A stretch of DNA of 63,675 nt, filler included, from Octopus bimaculoides (GCF_001194135.2; 8 parts of 6 records of this genome joined end to end with filler, not necessarily neighbours in it); one strand, 5' to 3'. Counted from the whole stretch's first letter, positions 13,191-26,851 are shown. Numbers and translations are program-made. Notes: generated by a model not told the origin, from the letters alone.

Positions 13191-13544
13191 CGATGATGAT
13201 GATAATGGCGTTGTTTGGTGGTAGTGGTGGTGATTGGAGGTCAGGTAGTGGTAGCGGTAGCAGCGGCTGACGTAGCCGTACCAGTCGGAAAACAGCTGTT
13301 GCAGTTCCGCTGTACTTGTCATTTACTTGCTGTATATATTATTGATGTGTGTGAGTGTGTGTATGTGTTACATGTGCGTGCGCATTAGTGTGTGTGTGCG
13401 TGTTATCTTTTCTTTCATCCTTTACTTGCTTCTTTGTCTTTAGATTGCGGTACCCCTTGAAGGATTTATTCGCACACATCGACCCCCAGCACACATCGAT
13501 CCCCAGCACACATCGATCTCCTGCTTCTTGTTATGTCGGCCCCT

Positions 13545-13649
13545 TTTCGCCGAGCCACTAAGTTACAGAGTCGTAAACAAACCAACACTGGTTGCCAAGC
13601 GGTGGTGAGGAGACAAACACAAAGATACACACACGCACACGCACACAGA

Positions 13650-13709
<60 letters not shown>

Positions 13710-13890
13710 CATAAATATATATATGTGTGTGTGTGTAGAGGTATTTGACAGACTTCTTTCAGCTTCTGTCTACCATATCCACTCACAAGGCTTTGGTTGG
13801 CCTGGGGCTATAGTAGAAGACACATGTCCAAGGTCCCATGTAGTGAGATTGAACCCAAAACTATGTGGTCGGGAAGCAAGCTTCTTGTTT
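13545..13890 (-). mobile_element. SINE family B
   Basis: Reverse complement of the family B consensus, with expanded internal (TA)n. Confidence 0.8.
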
Positions 13891-14339
13891 ACATCTGTGA
13901 CATTGTCTGTAGAAATGTGTGTAAGTGTACTTAGCCGAATGGTTAAGACATTCGCATTGCAATCCCGAGATTCTGCGTGTTGAGTGTGTTCGATATCGGG
14001 CTATCTGCTTCTAGCCAGAAACTTGGTTCGCATGCTTACAACGAAGTGGAATGTGTTGAAAACACCCAAGGATCAAATGGTGACATTTACCGAGATGAGG
14101 GGTTTAAACCCACTCCTTCCAGAATAGAAAACTTCTCTCCAACGATCTACCTTAAAATTTCCGTCCTCCAAGAAAAAGCGCTCCACCCATGACAAACCCG
14201 TCCCTTTTCTTTAGGAATTATCGAATGTGACCTTCTTTCAGTTCTATATTTAAGAGATGAGGAATTATGTACATTATTTACATTATTTACAATTGACAGA
14301 TATTTGTCCTCATCTTGTTTGTTGTTAACACAACGTTTG

Positions 14340-14462
14340 GGCTTTGGTTGGCCCGAGGCTATAGTAGAAGACATTTGCCCAAGGTGCCACGCAGTGTGAC
14401 TGAACCCGGAACCATGTGGTTCGTAAGCAAGTTACTTACCATACAGCCACTCTTACACCTAC
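14340..14462 (-). mobile_element. SINE family B 5' half
   Basis: GCTTTGGTTGGCCCGAGGCTATAGTAGAAGACA...GGACTGAACCCGGAACCATGTGG. Confidence 0.8.
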
Positions 14463-14499
14463 GTGTGTGTATTATAACACTGCAGAATATGTGCATAAG

Positions 14500-14885
14500 T
14501 GGAGGCGCAATGACCCAGTGGTTAGGGCAGCGGACTCGCGGTCGTAGGATCGCGGTTTCGATTCCCAGACCGGGCGTTGTGAGTGTTTATTGAGCGAAAA
14601 CACCTAAAAGCTCCACGAGGCTCCGGCAGGGGAAGGTGGCGAACCCTGCTGTACTCTTTCACCACAACTTTCTCTCACTCTATTTTCCTGTTTCTGTTGC
14701 ACCTGTATTTCAAAAGGGGCCAGCCTTGTCACACTCTGTGTCACGCTGAATCTCCCTCGAGAACTATGTTAAGGGTACACGTGTATGTGGAGTGCTCAGC
14801 CACTTGTACGTTAATTTCACGAGCAGGCTGTTCCGTTGATCGGATCGACTGGAACCCTCGTCGTCGTAACCGACGGAGTGCCAAC
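14500..14885 (+). mobile_element. tRNA-derived SINE family C, near full length
   Basis: A-box-like TGACCCAGTGGTTAGG and B-box-like GGTTTCGATTCCC, followed by a body shared with 12165-12470 and 34480-34590. Confidence 0.85.
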
Positions 14886-15464
14886 AATATGTGCATATGC
14901 ACATTTGTGCATGTTGTGTATATTCACTATTTCGATTTGGTGTGTGTGAGAGAGAGAGATAGAGACAGACAGAGTGAGAGAGAGAGAGAGAGAGAGTTGT
15001 ATGGTATCCTATACGTATCTATTGAAGTGTGTGTACGCATTGTAAGGTGTGTGAGTGTGTGTGTATACATGCGTGTATGTGTGTATTGCTGTTATTGTAC
15101 TGGTCCTGCTGCTGCTACTGCTGCTGCTACTGCTGCTGCTGCTGCTACTCTTGCTACTGGACTTGGTCATAAGAGATATTCGGCATGTGAGAGGGAGAAG
15201 GGTAGAGATGTCTGCTATATTTTTCTTTCTTCTGAATAATATAGCATGTGTGCGTTACTTCCACTCGGACGAGATGCTGGCAACTGTAGAGCTCTTAGAA
15301 AAACGGTTCTTGTTTCCGTTAAGAGACTCTTTTAAACTTCAATGGTTTGATTTCCTGAGAATATGGCCATGAATATTCAAGATTGTTTGATTTTTGTTGA
15401 TTCGCTTCGATTTGTTTCGTTTTGAGGTTGATTGGGTTTGTTTTTGTTGTTGATTCTGTTGGTG

Positions 15465-15477
15465 CTGCTGCTGCTGC

Positions 15478-15538
<61 letters not shown>

Positions 15539-16130
15539 GCTGTTGTTTAGAAGAACAAAGAAAGATAAAGAAATGAAAAATGGAGAGAGAAAAAGAGACA
15601 GAAATGAAGAAAGAAGGAAAGAAAGAGAAAAAGAGGGAAATAATGAAGGAAAGAAAGAAGGAAGAAAGGAAAGAAATAAAGAAATAAAGAAAGAAAGAAA
15701 GAGATAGAAAGAAAGAAAGGGAGCGAGAAGGAGGGAAACGAAAATGGAAAGAACGAGAGAAAGAGAGAAACATGAACAAAAGAACCAATGAGTGCGGGTA
15801 GCTGGAGAGAAAGATAGAAGAGAGCAGGATATATATATAAGANNNNNNNNNNAGAGATGGAGAGATAAAAGAAATTAGAACAACACAGGAAGAGAGAAAA
15901 AAAACAGAGAGTAAGTTGGAGAGAAAGGATGAAAGGAAGAGAAGTATGTAGAGTAACAAAAGGAGACAGATATAAGGAGAGCAGTGCAGAGAGACGGTGA
16001 GATGGAGAGATGGAGAGAGAGAAAAAATTGAGGATAGAATAGGAAGAGAGTATAAAAAGGAAGAGTTAAGCAGAGAGATGGAGAGTCAGAAGAAATGTTT
16101 TAATATAGGAAAACAGAGAGCGTAAACTTC
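15465..16130. repeat. (TTG)n microsatellite followed by GA-rich low-complexity tract
   Basis: Seen directly. Confidence 0.9.
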
Positions 16131-16196
16131 CGCCAAGGCAACTCCAATGTTCTCTCAAGGATTAGCCAGAGAGGATTTTTAAAATGAGAATATATA

Positions 16197-16600
16197 TAGG
16201 CGCACGAGTGGCTGTGTGGTAAGTAGCTTGATTACCAACCACATGGTTCCGGGTTCAGTCCTACTGCGTGGCACCTTGGGCAAGTGTCTTCTACTATAGC
16301 CTCGGGCCGACCAAAGCCTTGTGAGTGGATTTGGTAGACGGAAATTGAAAGAAGCCCGTCGTATATATGTATATATATATATATGTATGTGTGTTTGTGT
16401 GTCTGTGTTTGTGCCCCCACCATCGCTTGACAACCGATGCTGGTGTGTTTACGTCCCTGTAACTTAACGGTTCGGCAAAAAGAGACCGATAGAATAAGTA
16501 CTAGGCTTACAATGATTTAGTTCTGGGGTCGATTATCTCGACTAAAGGCGGTGCTCCAGCATGGCCGCAGTCAAATGACTGAAACAAGTAAAAGAGTAAA
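16197..16600 (+). mobile_element. SINE family B, full length
   Basis: AGGCGCACGAGTGGCTGTGTGGTAAG through GTCAAATGACTGAAACAAGTAAAAGAG. Confidence 0.9.
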
Positions 16601-16679
16601 AGTGTATATGAAATATGCTCGACTACCCTCACAAATGAGAATACTAAAAATGAACCCGGCTGCTCTCAAAAATTAAGTA

Positions 16680-16870
16680 AAAAACAGGAAAAATAATCCA
16701 GAATCTTTGTTCGGTACCGGATCGATCCCAGAATCTAATCAGTTTGTGCCAGTCATGTGGTCAAACATTCCTGAAAGTTTCATCCGAATCCATCCGGCGG
16801 TTCTTGAGATATCTTGTCCACGGACAAACAAACAAACACAACTGAAAACAATACCTGAGGTGGAGGTGAT
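16680..16870. mobile_element. Helentron/DINE-like non-autonomous fragment; inverted homologue at 54640-54790
   Basis: CCTGAAAGTTTCATCCGAATCCATCC.GCGGTTCTTGAGATATCTTGTCCA.GGA.AAACAAACAAACAC is the reverse complement of 54660-54745. Family assignment is by resemblance only. Confidence 0.5.
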
Positions 16871-17129
16871 AAAGAAAAAGGGAGAGCAAGGTGGAGAGAC
16901 GAAGAGATGGAGATATGGAAATAGAGACAGAAAGGATGTAGGATAAAAGAGTAAGACTGAAGGAAGAGGGGCCAAAGGGGAGAGATGGAGGACAGAGAGA
17001 GACGACGAGAAAGAAGGTAAGATGGAATAAGTAGACGGGGGAGAGAGGGGGAAAGGGAGGAAGAAGGTAATGGTGAAGTTAACAACCCAAAGAATTATGC
17101 CATTAATATTGATTTCAATAATAAATGTC

Positions 17130-17990
17130 AGAGAGTTCGAGGGAGGAGGACTAGTCGATTACATCGACCCCAGTGTCTCACTGGCACTTATTTTATCGAC
17201 CCCCGAAAGGATGAAAGGCAAAGTCTACCTCGTCGGAATTTGAACTCAGAACGTAGAAACGGACGAAATACTGCTAAGCATTTTGTCCGGTATGTTAACG
17301 ATTCAGCCAGCTGGCCACCTTAATTATCCCGTTAGCATTGATTAATACTTAGCGGTATTTCGTCTGTCTTTACGTTCTGAGTTCAAATTCCACCGAAGAC
17401 GACTTTGCTTTTCATCCTTTCGGGATCAATAAAATGAGTAGCAGTCGAGCACTAGGGTCGACCTAATCGATTTGCCCACTCCTCAAAACTGCTAGCCTTA
17501 TACCAAAATTTGAAATTATTATTATTATTAGCATCATCATCATCATCATCATCAAAAAGGTGAGGTGACAGAATTTCATAACGTCGGACAAAATGCATAG
17601 CGGCATTTTCTCCGTCTCTTAACGTTTTTAGCTCACATTCTGCTAAGGTCAACTTTATCTTCCATCTCTTACCGGTCGACGAAATAATTAGTAGTTGAAT
17701 GCAGGAGTTGATGTAATCGAGTTATCCCTTGTCCCCTAATAACTGCTGGTATTATCAACATTTCAAACCATTTAAGGCAGTTGGCTGGCAGTTAGTGCTG
17801 CAGACAAAATGCTTAGATGTATTTCTTCCATCTTTTTACGTTCTGTGTTCAAATACCACCGAAGCCCTCTTTGCACTTCATCATTTCGTGGTCGATAAAA
17901 TAAAGTAACTGCCAAATACTGGGATCAACTAAATCTTTCGGTGCAATTACTGACCTTGTGTTAAAATTTGAACCAATTATATCTGTTATT
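17130..17990. mobile_element. Cluster of 4 SINE family A copies
   Basis: One minus copy (17130-17330) followed by three plus copies of increasing divergence. Confidence 0.8.
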
Positions 17991-18067
17991 ATAACTGACT
18001 AGCAGTAATAATCGGTCTTATCTTAGTTAATTAATACCAAAAGTAAATCCAATTATAAAAATTCACG

Positions 18068-18470
18068 AGGCGCAGGCGTCGCTGTGAGCTAATACGCGGG
18101 CTCACCAACTACATAACTCCGGGTTCAGTCCCACTGCGTAGCATGTTGAGCTAATGCCTTCTGCTATAGCCTTGGGCCGACAAAAGCCTTGTAAGTGGAT
18201 CTCGAAGACGGAAACTGATAAAAGCCCGCCGTTTATATATAGTATGTGTATGGGTGTCTTTCTGTCTGTGTTTGTCTTTCACCACCGCTTGACAACTGGT
18301 GTTGGTTTGTTTACGTCCACATAACTTAGATGTTCGGCAAAAGACACCGATAGAATAAGTACCAGATTTTAGAATGCAATAAATACTGGTGTCGATTCAT
18401 TCGGCTAAAAATTCCCCAATGTGGTGCCCCAGCATGGCTGCAGTCTGACTGAAACAAATAAAAGATAAAA
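18068..18470 (+). mobile_element. SINE family B (diverged)
   Basis: AGGCGCAGG...GGGTTCAGTCCCACTGCGT...CTGACTGAAACAAATAAAAG. Confidence 0.8.
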
Positions 18471-18843
18471 GATATAATTATTCAAAATAGTTAACGGTTT
18501 CTCGTTAGTTATATTGCTACTTCAGTGAACCTGGATTTTTACAAAAACAATTAATCACTTAAACAATAAACCTGAGATACTGTCTAAATGTCACCACGAA
18601 CAGAAATTTTATTCTTGAAACTGTAATAGACAAATGTCATCCGATTAAGTAAACAAGTGTCGTTAATTAACAAAACAAACTAGATTTTCACCAAAGTTTC
18701 TCAAAGATGTGAACACAAGCCTAACCGATGATTCCATATATACAGTAAAAAGCCCAGTATTAAAATAATTCACTTGTCGATACTGTTTGTAAATTGTCGT
18801 TTTGCCATGAAACTTTCAACTAATTAAATGTTTACAAATTCAC

Positions 18844-18876
<33 letters not shown>

Positions 18877-20615
18877 ATGGTGTTTGTGTGTGTGAGTGTG
18901 TGTATATGAGTATAATATATATATATATATATATGTGTGTNNNNNNNNNNNNNNNNNNNNNNNNNNNNNNNNNNNNNNNNNNNNNNNNNNNNNNNNNNNN
19001 NNNNNNNNNNNNNNNNNNNNNNNNNNNNNNNNNNNNNNNNNNNNNNNNNNNNNNNNNNNNNNNNNNNNNNNNNNNNNNNNNNNNNNNNNNNNNNNNNNNN
19101 NNNNNNNNNNNNNNNNNNNNNNNNNNNNNNNNNNNNNNNNNNNNNNNNNNNNNNNNNNNNNNNNNNNNNNNNNNNNNNNNNNNNNNNNNNNNNNNNNNNN
19201 NNNNNNNNNNNNNNNNNNNNNNNNNNNNNNNNNNNNNNNNNNNNNNNNNNNNNNNNNNNNNNNNNNNNNNNNNNNNNNNNNNNNNNNNNNNNNNNNNNNN
19301 NNNNNNNNNNNNNNNNNNNNNNNNNNNNNNNNNNNNNNNNNNNNNNNNNNNNNNNNNNNNNNNNNNNNNNNNNNNNNNNNNNNNNNNNNNNNNNNNNNNN
19401 NNNNNNNNNNNNNNNNNNNNNNNNNNNNNNNNNNNNNNNNNNNNNNNNNNNNNNNNNNNNNNNNNNNNNNNNNNNNNNNNNNNNNNNNNNNNNNNNNNNN
19501 NNNNNNNNNNNNNNNNNNNNNNNNNNNNNNNNNNNNNNNNNNNNNNNNNNNNNNNNNNNNNNNNNNNNNNNNNNNNNNNNNNNNNNNNNNNNNNNNNNNN
19601 NNNNNNNNNNNNNNNNNNNNNNNNNNNNNNNNNNNNNNNNNNNNNNNNNNNNNNNNNNNNNNNNNNNNNNNNNNNNNNNNNNNNNNNNNNNNNNNNNNNN
19701 NNNNNNNNNNNNNNNNNNNNNNNNNTATATATATATATATATTGATTAACAATGATACACTTATATTTATTGCAACAATGAGACGATGTGAGATGCTATG
19801 AAGCCGGCATTCGCATAGAGAAGAGAACAAGTAGGAGAAATTAGAATTTGAGGGTAATGGCTTTTGAAGGAAGTTAAAAATGTAAAATGTCCTCACTGCT
19901 ATTGTAATGATATCGTGATTGGGGAAAATGAAAATACCCCACACGTCCTCACACCACCAACAAGAATAACAACCCACAAAACAACAAGTCAGAACAGAAT
20001 CTAGACTGAAATAAAAGAGAATAAAGTCACAACATGAAAATATTAGGAACAAAGATAACAAACTTTATACCCTTCAAGAGAAAAATAAAATTAGATTTGC
20101 TGCCAGCAGATCTCAAAGCTATCACAGAAATCGAACTAATACCCCTCTCTGTTCTTTCTTTCAGGTGGGGCTTATTGTTAAAGGGCTTCATATTTGATTG
20201 GGGGCCCGCTTAGAAGTTCTTGCGTTTTGTTTTTTTTATTTTTACATTTTAGTCTGGTGAGATTTTTTAGAGTGCGTGTCTGTGGTAACGTATTTGCTCG
20301 TGTTCGCGTTTCGTACTTTCATATGCCAACCTCAAGGATGTTGAACGAAACACCCATGTTTCCACAGGTTAATTATCCAAACCCAAATAATTCCTCTCAA
20401 CATATGATGGCTATAATGCTCCCCCACTACTTCTGCGCGTGATGCATATATCGTCGGCCACCAAGGTCAAGCAACTGACAAGCAAATCTGTGGTATTGAG
20501 CAGAATATTTGCTGTAGCCCGTCTTTTATACCAAGACAAAAAATGTACATGATAGTATTTCCAATCAGTTAAGATCACAAGCCATAAGAGCCACTGCCTG
20601 GAACTGCACGATGTC

Positions 20616-20691
<76 letters not shown>

Positions 20692-20719
20692 TACTTTTAA
20701 TCTGAATATTTGTTACAAT

Positions 20720-21030
20720 CACTTGCCGAGACGCACCAAGCGTCTTAGGGCGAGAGAAGGCTAAGAGATGTCACAGTATGACTGAAAGCCTCGAGAAGGG
20801 AGATGGCGGGGCAGTAGCAAGATATCTTCATGTAATACAATACAGACATTTAAATTAGTAGGGTTTTCATAAGGATGTGGGTAGTACTTGTCAGCACAAT
20901 ATTTTGGATTTCTCTGAGACATGGTTCTCCTGGGATGTTGTCTAGATGTTTCTGACATCTCATTTTTATCATACCTAGGGCACCTACAATAACAAGAACA
21001 GTTCCTGCTTTAAGATGCCTCATCTTTTGT
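20720..21030 (-). mobile_element. R4/Dong-like RLE C-terminal fragment
   Basis: VLVIVGALGMIK..QKHLDNIPGEPCLREIQNIVLTSTTHIL. Confidence 0.8.
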
Positions 21031-22771
21031 GTTATTATTGTTGCTATTGTTGTTGATATTATCATTATCATTATTACTATTGAATCTTTGACTCTGTGTG
21101 TGTGTGTGTGTGAGCGAGCATTTGTGTTGTATTAATGTGTATGGCATAGTCATTTGCATCTGTAAGAAAGATGGCCGTGTGTTTATTTATGCGCGTTATA
21201 CAGTATTGCTGTTTTCGGGCTTTTTTAGTTGTTGTGCTGTTGTGTTTTTCTCTTTTTTCATTTGTTTATTTGTTTTTGTTTTTTTTAATTTCAATAATTT
21301 CAATATTTTTTCACTAAATTTTATATTTGTATATATATTTTTATTTTTTATTTATTTTTTTAACAATACATGTTCACATCGCCACATCACTGAACAACAA
21401 CACCCACACCACCACCAACAACAACAACAACACAAACATCAACAACACGAACAACAACAGCAACATTAACAATAACAATAGCAACTACAACAACTGCACA
21501 AACAGACACAAACTAAAAAAAAAATAAGGCTGTGGTAATGTTTTTTTTTTAATGGTTTCTTATTGAAATTATATTAACCTGCGCGCGCACAAAAATACGA
21601 AACAAACAGGTTTCCATTAATTCGACATCTTTTGTGGTTGTTTTTGTTCTTTTGTCTATTGTTTTTGTAGTTTTTAAATTGTCAGAAAGGAGTTTGTTGT
21701 TGTTGCTGCTGCCGCTGCTGCTGCTGTTATTGTTGTTGTTGATGTTGTTTTTTATTTTTCTCTTAGTTCTGTTGTTATGTAATTGTTTCNNNNNNNNNNN
21801 NNNNNNNNNNNNNNNNNNNNNNNNNNNNNNNNNTTAATTAATTAANNNNNNNNNNNNNNNNNNNNNNNNNNNNNNNNNNNNNNNNNNNNTGGGTAAAGCC
21901 TCACTCACTCACACACACACAAAGAAAGGCTTGGGGTTAATTCTGCTGAGATTTGCTGTCAAACTTCTGGGGAATTTTAGTTAAACAAAAGAATTTGCTT
22001 AGGAAAATGAAGGGATTAACTCTTTAGAATTAATGGGAGAAAATGGGAATATAAAATCTTTTTGGGTTGGTCAACAATGATCAAGGTTGCACTGTGTGAG
22101 CAGAAGTGTTCCAGACATGACCTTCATGCCCAAAGACTGCATTGTCCAATACATTTCTTCACCTGGCTGAGGTCATGAAGGACCTGCCTGTGTGCATGGA
22201 TGGCCACAGTTTTTTTTTTTTCTTAGCTTCAAACTGTTCTGACTAATAATATAAATACACATTTGGACACTGATTTCTACCAAACTAATTGATGCCTGAT
22301 TCTCTCGTAAATATTACAAACAAGAAAGTGATTAACAGAAGAACAATTAAGAGAAGGAAAGAGAGAGGAAACGTTTTCTTTTTTACTGATTTCCATCTTG
22401 TTCTCTGGCCATGCTGGAGCAGATTTGGCTGCTCTTTCTTGCTGGTTGAGCAAATGTGTTGAGTTCCTTTCATTGGTTTGAAATTACAAATCTTGTTTTC
22501 CTCTTTCTCTCTTTCTCTCTTTCTTCATAGATCTTGGTTTTTATTGATTTTTTTCATGCATGTGTATTTGTATGGGGGTAGTGGGAGGAGAGATAGATAG
22601 ATAGATAGATAGATAGAGAGAGAGATGGTAATTTATTTTCTTCTTTATGCTTTAAGCATCAACAGAACTTGACTAAACGGTTGCTGGGTTTTCAAAACTT
22701 TTCCTGTTAGCTATCTGATGTATAACACATCCACACATGTGTGCGTGTGCACACACACATGTACACACATA

Positions 22772-22840
<69 letters not shown>

Positions 22841-23064
22841 TGGTGGTGGTGGTAAACAGGAAAAATTTTTCGGGTGTGGTAAATGAAATGGAAAAAATTT
22901 TCAAGAAAATTCTGAATGTGTTCCTGGTCAGTTTAGAAAATATCAGGATATGTTTGTGTGTGTGTGTATTTATGTATGTGTGTGTATGTAAGCATGAGAA
23001 AAAATATGTCCATTTGTATATTTATGTGTCCTATATTCATTATCTCTCTCTCTCATATATATAT

Positions 23065-23270
23065 ACATCATCATCATTTAACATCCATGCTGGCATGGGT
23101 TGGATGGTTTGATAGGCTCCAATACATCCAACGACTGCACCAATCTCAAAATGTCTGCTCTGGCAGGATTTCTTTGGTTGGATGCCCTTCCTCAGTCCCT
23201 TTTCAGTAGGGGCTGACCCCTTATTTTCTATACCACCTACACTACTGAGGTTGCCATGCAATTCACAGAG
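23065..23270 (+). mobile_element. RTE-type 3' tail / RTE-related short element (family D)
   Basis: (CAT)n-TTTAACATCCATGCTGGCATGGGTTGGATGG...GGATGCCCTTCC, recurring at 28900, 31660, 40700, 41950, 54465, 55980 and 57960. Confidence 0.7.
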
Positions 23271-23631
23271 ATACAAACCCTTTCACTCTCATTTACTTGT
23301 TTCAGTCATTTGACTGCGACCATGCTGGAGCACCACCTTTTAGTTGAAAAAATCGAATCCTAGACTTATTCTTTGAAAGCCTGGCGCTTATTCTATCTGT
23401 CTCTTCTGCCGAACTGCTAAGTTACGGAGATGTAAGCACACCACATCATGATGTCGTGATGTGGTTTGAGGGACATTTGGCTACCATATCTAAGTGACCA
23501 CATACTAACTTTGTCATTGGCTCAAGTACAAACACAGTTGGACTTAGTTAATCAGTAAAATATCACTGAAGTATCTCCATGACACACTTTTTGCTTGCCC
23601 AGCATGCTAACAATTATGCCAGCTCACCGCC

Positions 23632-23665
<34 letters not shown>

Positions 23666-24632
23666 TTTCAAATTTTGGCATAAGGCCAGCAAGTTTGGGG
23701 ATGAGAGTGAGTCAATTACATTGACCCCAGTACTCAACTCATACTCATTTTACCTACCCTGAAAGTACAAAAATCAAAGTCAATCTTGGTTGGATTTGAA
23801 CTCAAAACGTAAAGACAGACGAAATGCTGCACAGCATTTTGCCCAGTGTGTTAACAGTTCTGCCAACTTTTGCTGCCTTCGAAATATGGAATGTATTAAA
23901 TTATAGTATAGTATTAATAATAATAATAATGATGATAATAATAATAATGCTAATACGTCACTCACTTCCTGCCCAGGCCTTGATCTCGCTACCTTCTACT
24001 TTGCACATGAAAATGTGCAGCTGTGTTTGTTTATTTGGAATTTGAATGTTTTTCCTCGTGATCTTGCATATATATAGGTGCACATGTACACATGCATGTG
24101 TGTGCATGCATGCATGTGCATCTCAGTATATGTGCATGAATATCTGTGTGTACACCTGCATGGGTGCATAGCCATGTATGCATGTGCATACACATTTCCA
24201 TTTGTCTGTCATATGACTGTGTGCATGCAAGTATGTGAAAGTACACATTTTGTGTATGCATGCATGCGATCATGTGTGTGCATTTGAATATGCATGTGTG
24301 TTTGTGTATGAGTATTTGAGAGTGCATGTGTGTATATACAGACACACACACATATGCACGTGTGTGTATACCTTTCTCTTGTATTTCCATAAGGTGTTGT
24401 AGCCTAGTATGTTAAAGATGCTGAGAGTGGAGGAGTAAATAAAATATGAGTGGTAGGCAGAGGAAATGAGAGAGAGAGAAAGAGAAAAGTTAAATGTTGA
24501 AGGTAGGAGGTGGTTGTAACTTTACTCCATTAATGTTTCTGTTGAAAAATAGAAACAGTTTCACTAACAGTGTGTATGTGTGTATATATATATGCATGTT
24601 GGTGTGTGTATAATGGGTGTGTGTATTAAGGC

Positions 24633-24684
<52 letters not shown>

Positions 24685-25844
24685 AAGGGGTGTGTAGTTA
24701 TCGCTGTGAGCCAATGAAAAGAGTTGGAATGTAATTGAAACTTTTTAAGCTGAGCAACACTGAAGAACACAAGTGAGCCAAACATTGGGAAAAGGAGGAA
24801 TACTCGAGATGGGAGATGGTATTTATTGGGGTGAACGATCGCTTCGGGTTTAAATTAATGTTCTGAAGGATTTGTGCAACAACAGTAAAAATAATGGTTT
24901 CAAATTTTGGAACAATTTGAGGGGAGGGGGGAAAGTTAATTATAACAACCCCCAGTGCACAACTGGTACTTATTTTAGCAATTCTGAATAGATGAAAGGC
25001 AGAGTCTACCTCAGATGAATTTGAACTCAGAATGCAAGAATAGAAGACATACCACTAAGCCATGCCTGGTGTGCTAAAGATTCTGCCAGCTCATCACCTT
25101 AATAACAACAACAACAACAAATAATGATGATGATGATGATGTGATGATGATGATAATTTACATCATTATATGGTCACAACATGGATCAAGTATTCTGGAT
25201 TGATCCCTGGTATATTACTGGGACTTTGACTAACCTTGAGAGGAGGGACAAAGCCAGGCAAGATTTGAAGAGAAAGGAATGGAACTAAATATCTACTGTA
25301 AGGGATCTTGTCTATTGCTCTCCTGGTGTTTCTGCTGTTTCTAGCTCTCTCCCATTCCTGGCACTTTGCCGACCCAGTAACGATCTGTTTCACTGGCACA
25401 TGGCCAAATATTTTGGGAAACAGTGTAAATGATTAACAATGAATCTTGGTCTTTGACTGCCTGCTGCCTGCTTTATTGAAAGGGAAACACAACTCCAGTG
25501 GGATTTGAACTCTTGAAGATTGTAACTGAATATGGCAGAGCAATCAGTGTAGTGGCGGTGCTATCATATATCTAGATTATCACAGTCGTCTCTCCTTCCT
25601 ACATCTTTTCTCGTCTTTATAAACCAAACATTCTCTACCCACCCCAGCGTGTTTTGGCTCCACCTTCCATTTCATTACATGTACAGCTAATTAGGTAAAC
25701 ATTACATGTTTACCTAATTTCTCTCTAACCTTTCACAAATCTCTTATTAGATTGCTCCATGCTTCATGTAGCATTACCCTTCTTACATGTACCCATCATC
25801 TTCCAATCGTTGGCTGTGTTCTTCTACATGCTCTGGCAGTCGAC

Positions 25845-26150
25845 ATTTACCACTGATTGTTGTCTTCCATCTCACCCAGAAAAGGGGCCGTATTCAGCCC
25901 TGCCCAGTCCTTGATATTATTAAATAGGGACCTGTTTTGTCTGCCTCTGCTTCCTACTCTTTGACTGTGTCCTGGAGAAATGGCTTCGAACAGGGATTTG
26001 CAGCTGGATACAGGTCTGCTGTACCTGGTGACCTTTTGGCATTTCACTCTGGCAACAAATGGTTCTTGCTTATACACAGCTTCATTTTGGCAAAATATCA
26101 TGTAACATTTAATGATATCTTTTAATGACCAGATCCAGCCTCTTACACTT
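25845..26150 (-). mobile_element. RTE-clade LINE C-terminal fragment
   Basis: SRGRQNRSLFNNIKDWAGL resembles the GRPR..W.DNIKEWTG terminus of RTE ORFs. Confidence 0.6.
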
Positions 26151-26807
26151 ACCATACAATGTCATTCTTAAAATAAGCAATCACATTATCAAAATCTCAA
26201 AGCTATGAGATAATTCATGATTGATTTAAAACAAAGTGAATAAATAAGCTTTATATTTGACAGAGTAATTTGAAGAAAGTCCTTTTTCAATAGACTAGCT
26301 TCCTAACCAGGGGTTTGATATTTCTCTCTCGTTTGTCATGAATCAACATCATTGTGTGTCATTCCACAGACCATATCTAACAAAATATCAAGTTCAAACC
26401 AAATTGCTCCTCTTACTCTAATTTAGTGTCTGCTGTACATTATATGCTAACGAGGATCTAATCTAATTTAGTATCTGCTGTACATTATACACTAACGAGG
26501 ACCTACATTTAATTAAGCTGACACTGCTGCAAGAAATGAAGACTTGAAAACAATATCAAGTTGTGTGGGAAAAAAACACATATACAAACACACACACGCG
26601 CGCACACATATACATACACACACAAGCTAAGATACCAAACATATACACACACACACACACACACATACACGCACGTGCAGACACAGGTCGAGGCATCATA
26701 CACAAACAAGCTGCAACATCATACTCACACATACAAACACACACACACACACGTAGACACAAGCTGAGATATCACACAGACACATGCACACACATATAAA
26801 CATACCA

Positions 26808-26851
<44 letters not shown>

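Noticed and set aside
14500-14580. tRNA gene calls for SINE heads
   Set aside because: A/B boxes are present, but they continue into repeated SINE bodies and I could not fold a complete cloverleaf.
15339-15545. Poly-Q ORF ending LNIHGHILRK, resembling CLC-6 LTFHGLILRS
   Set aside because: All three frames stop shortly after, there is no donor site, and the context is microsatellite; probably chance.
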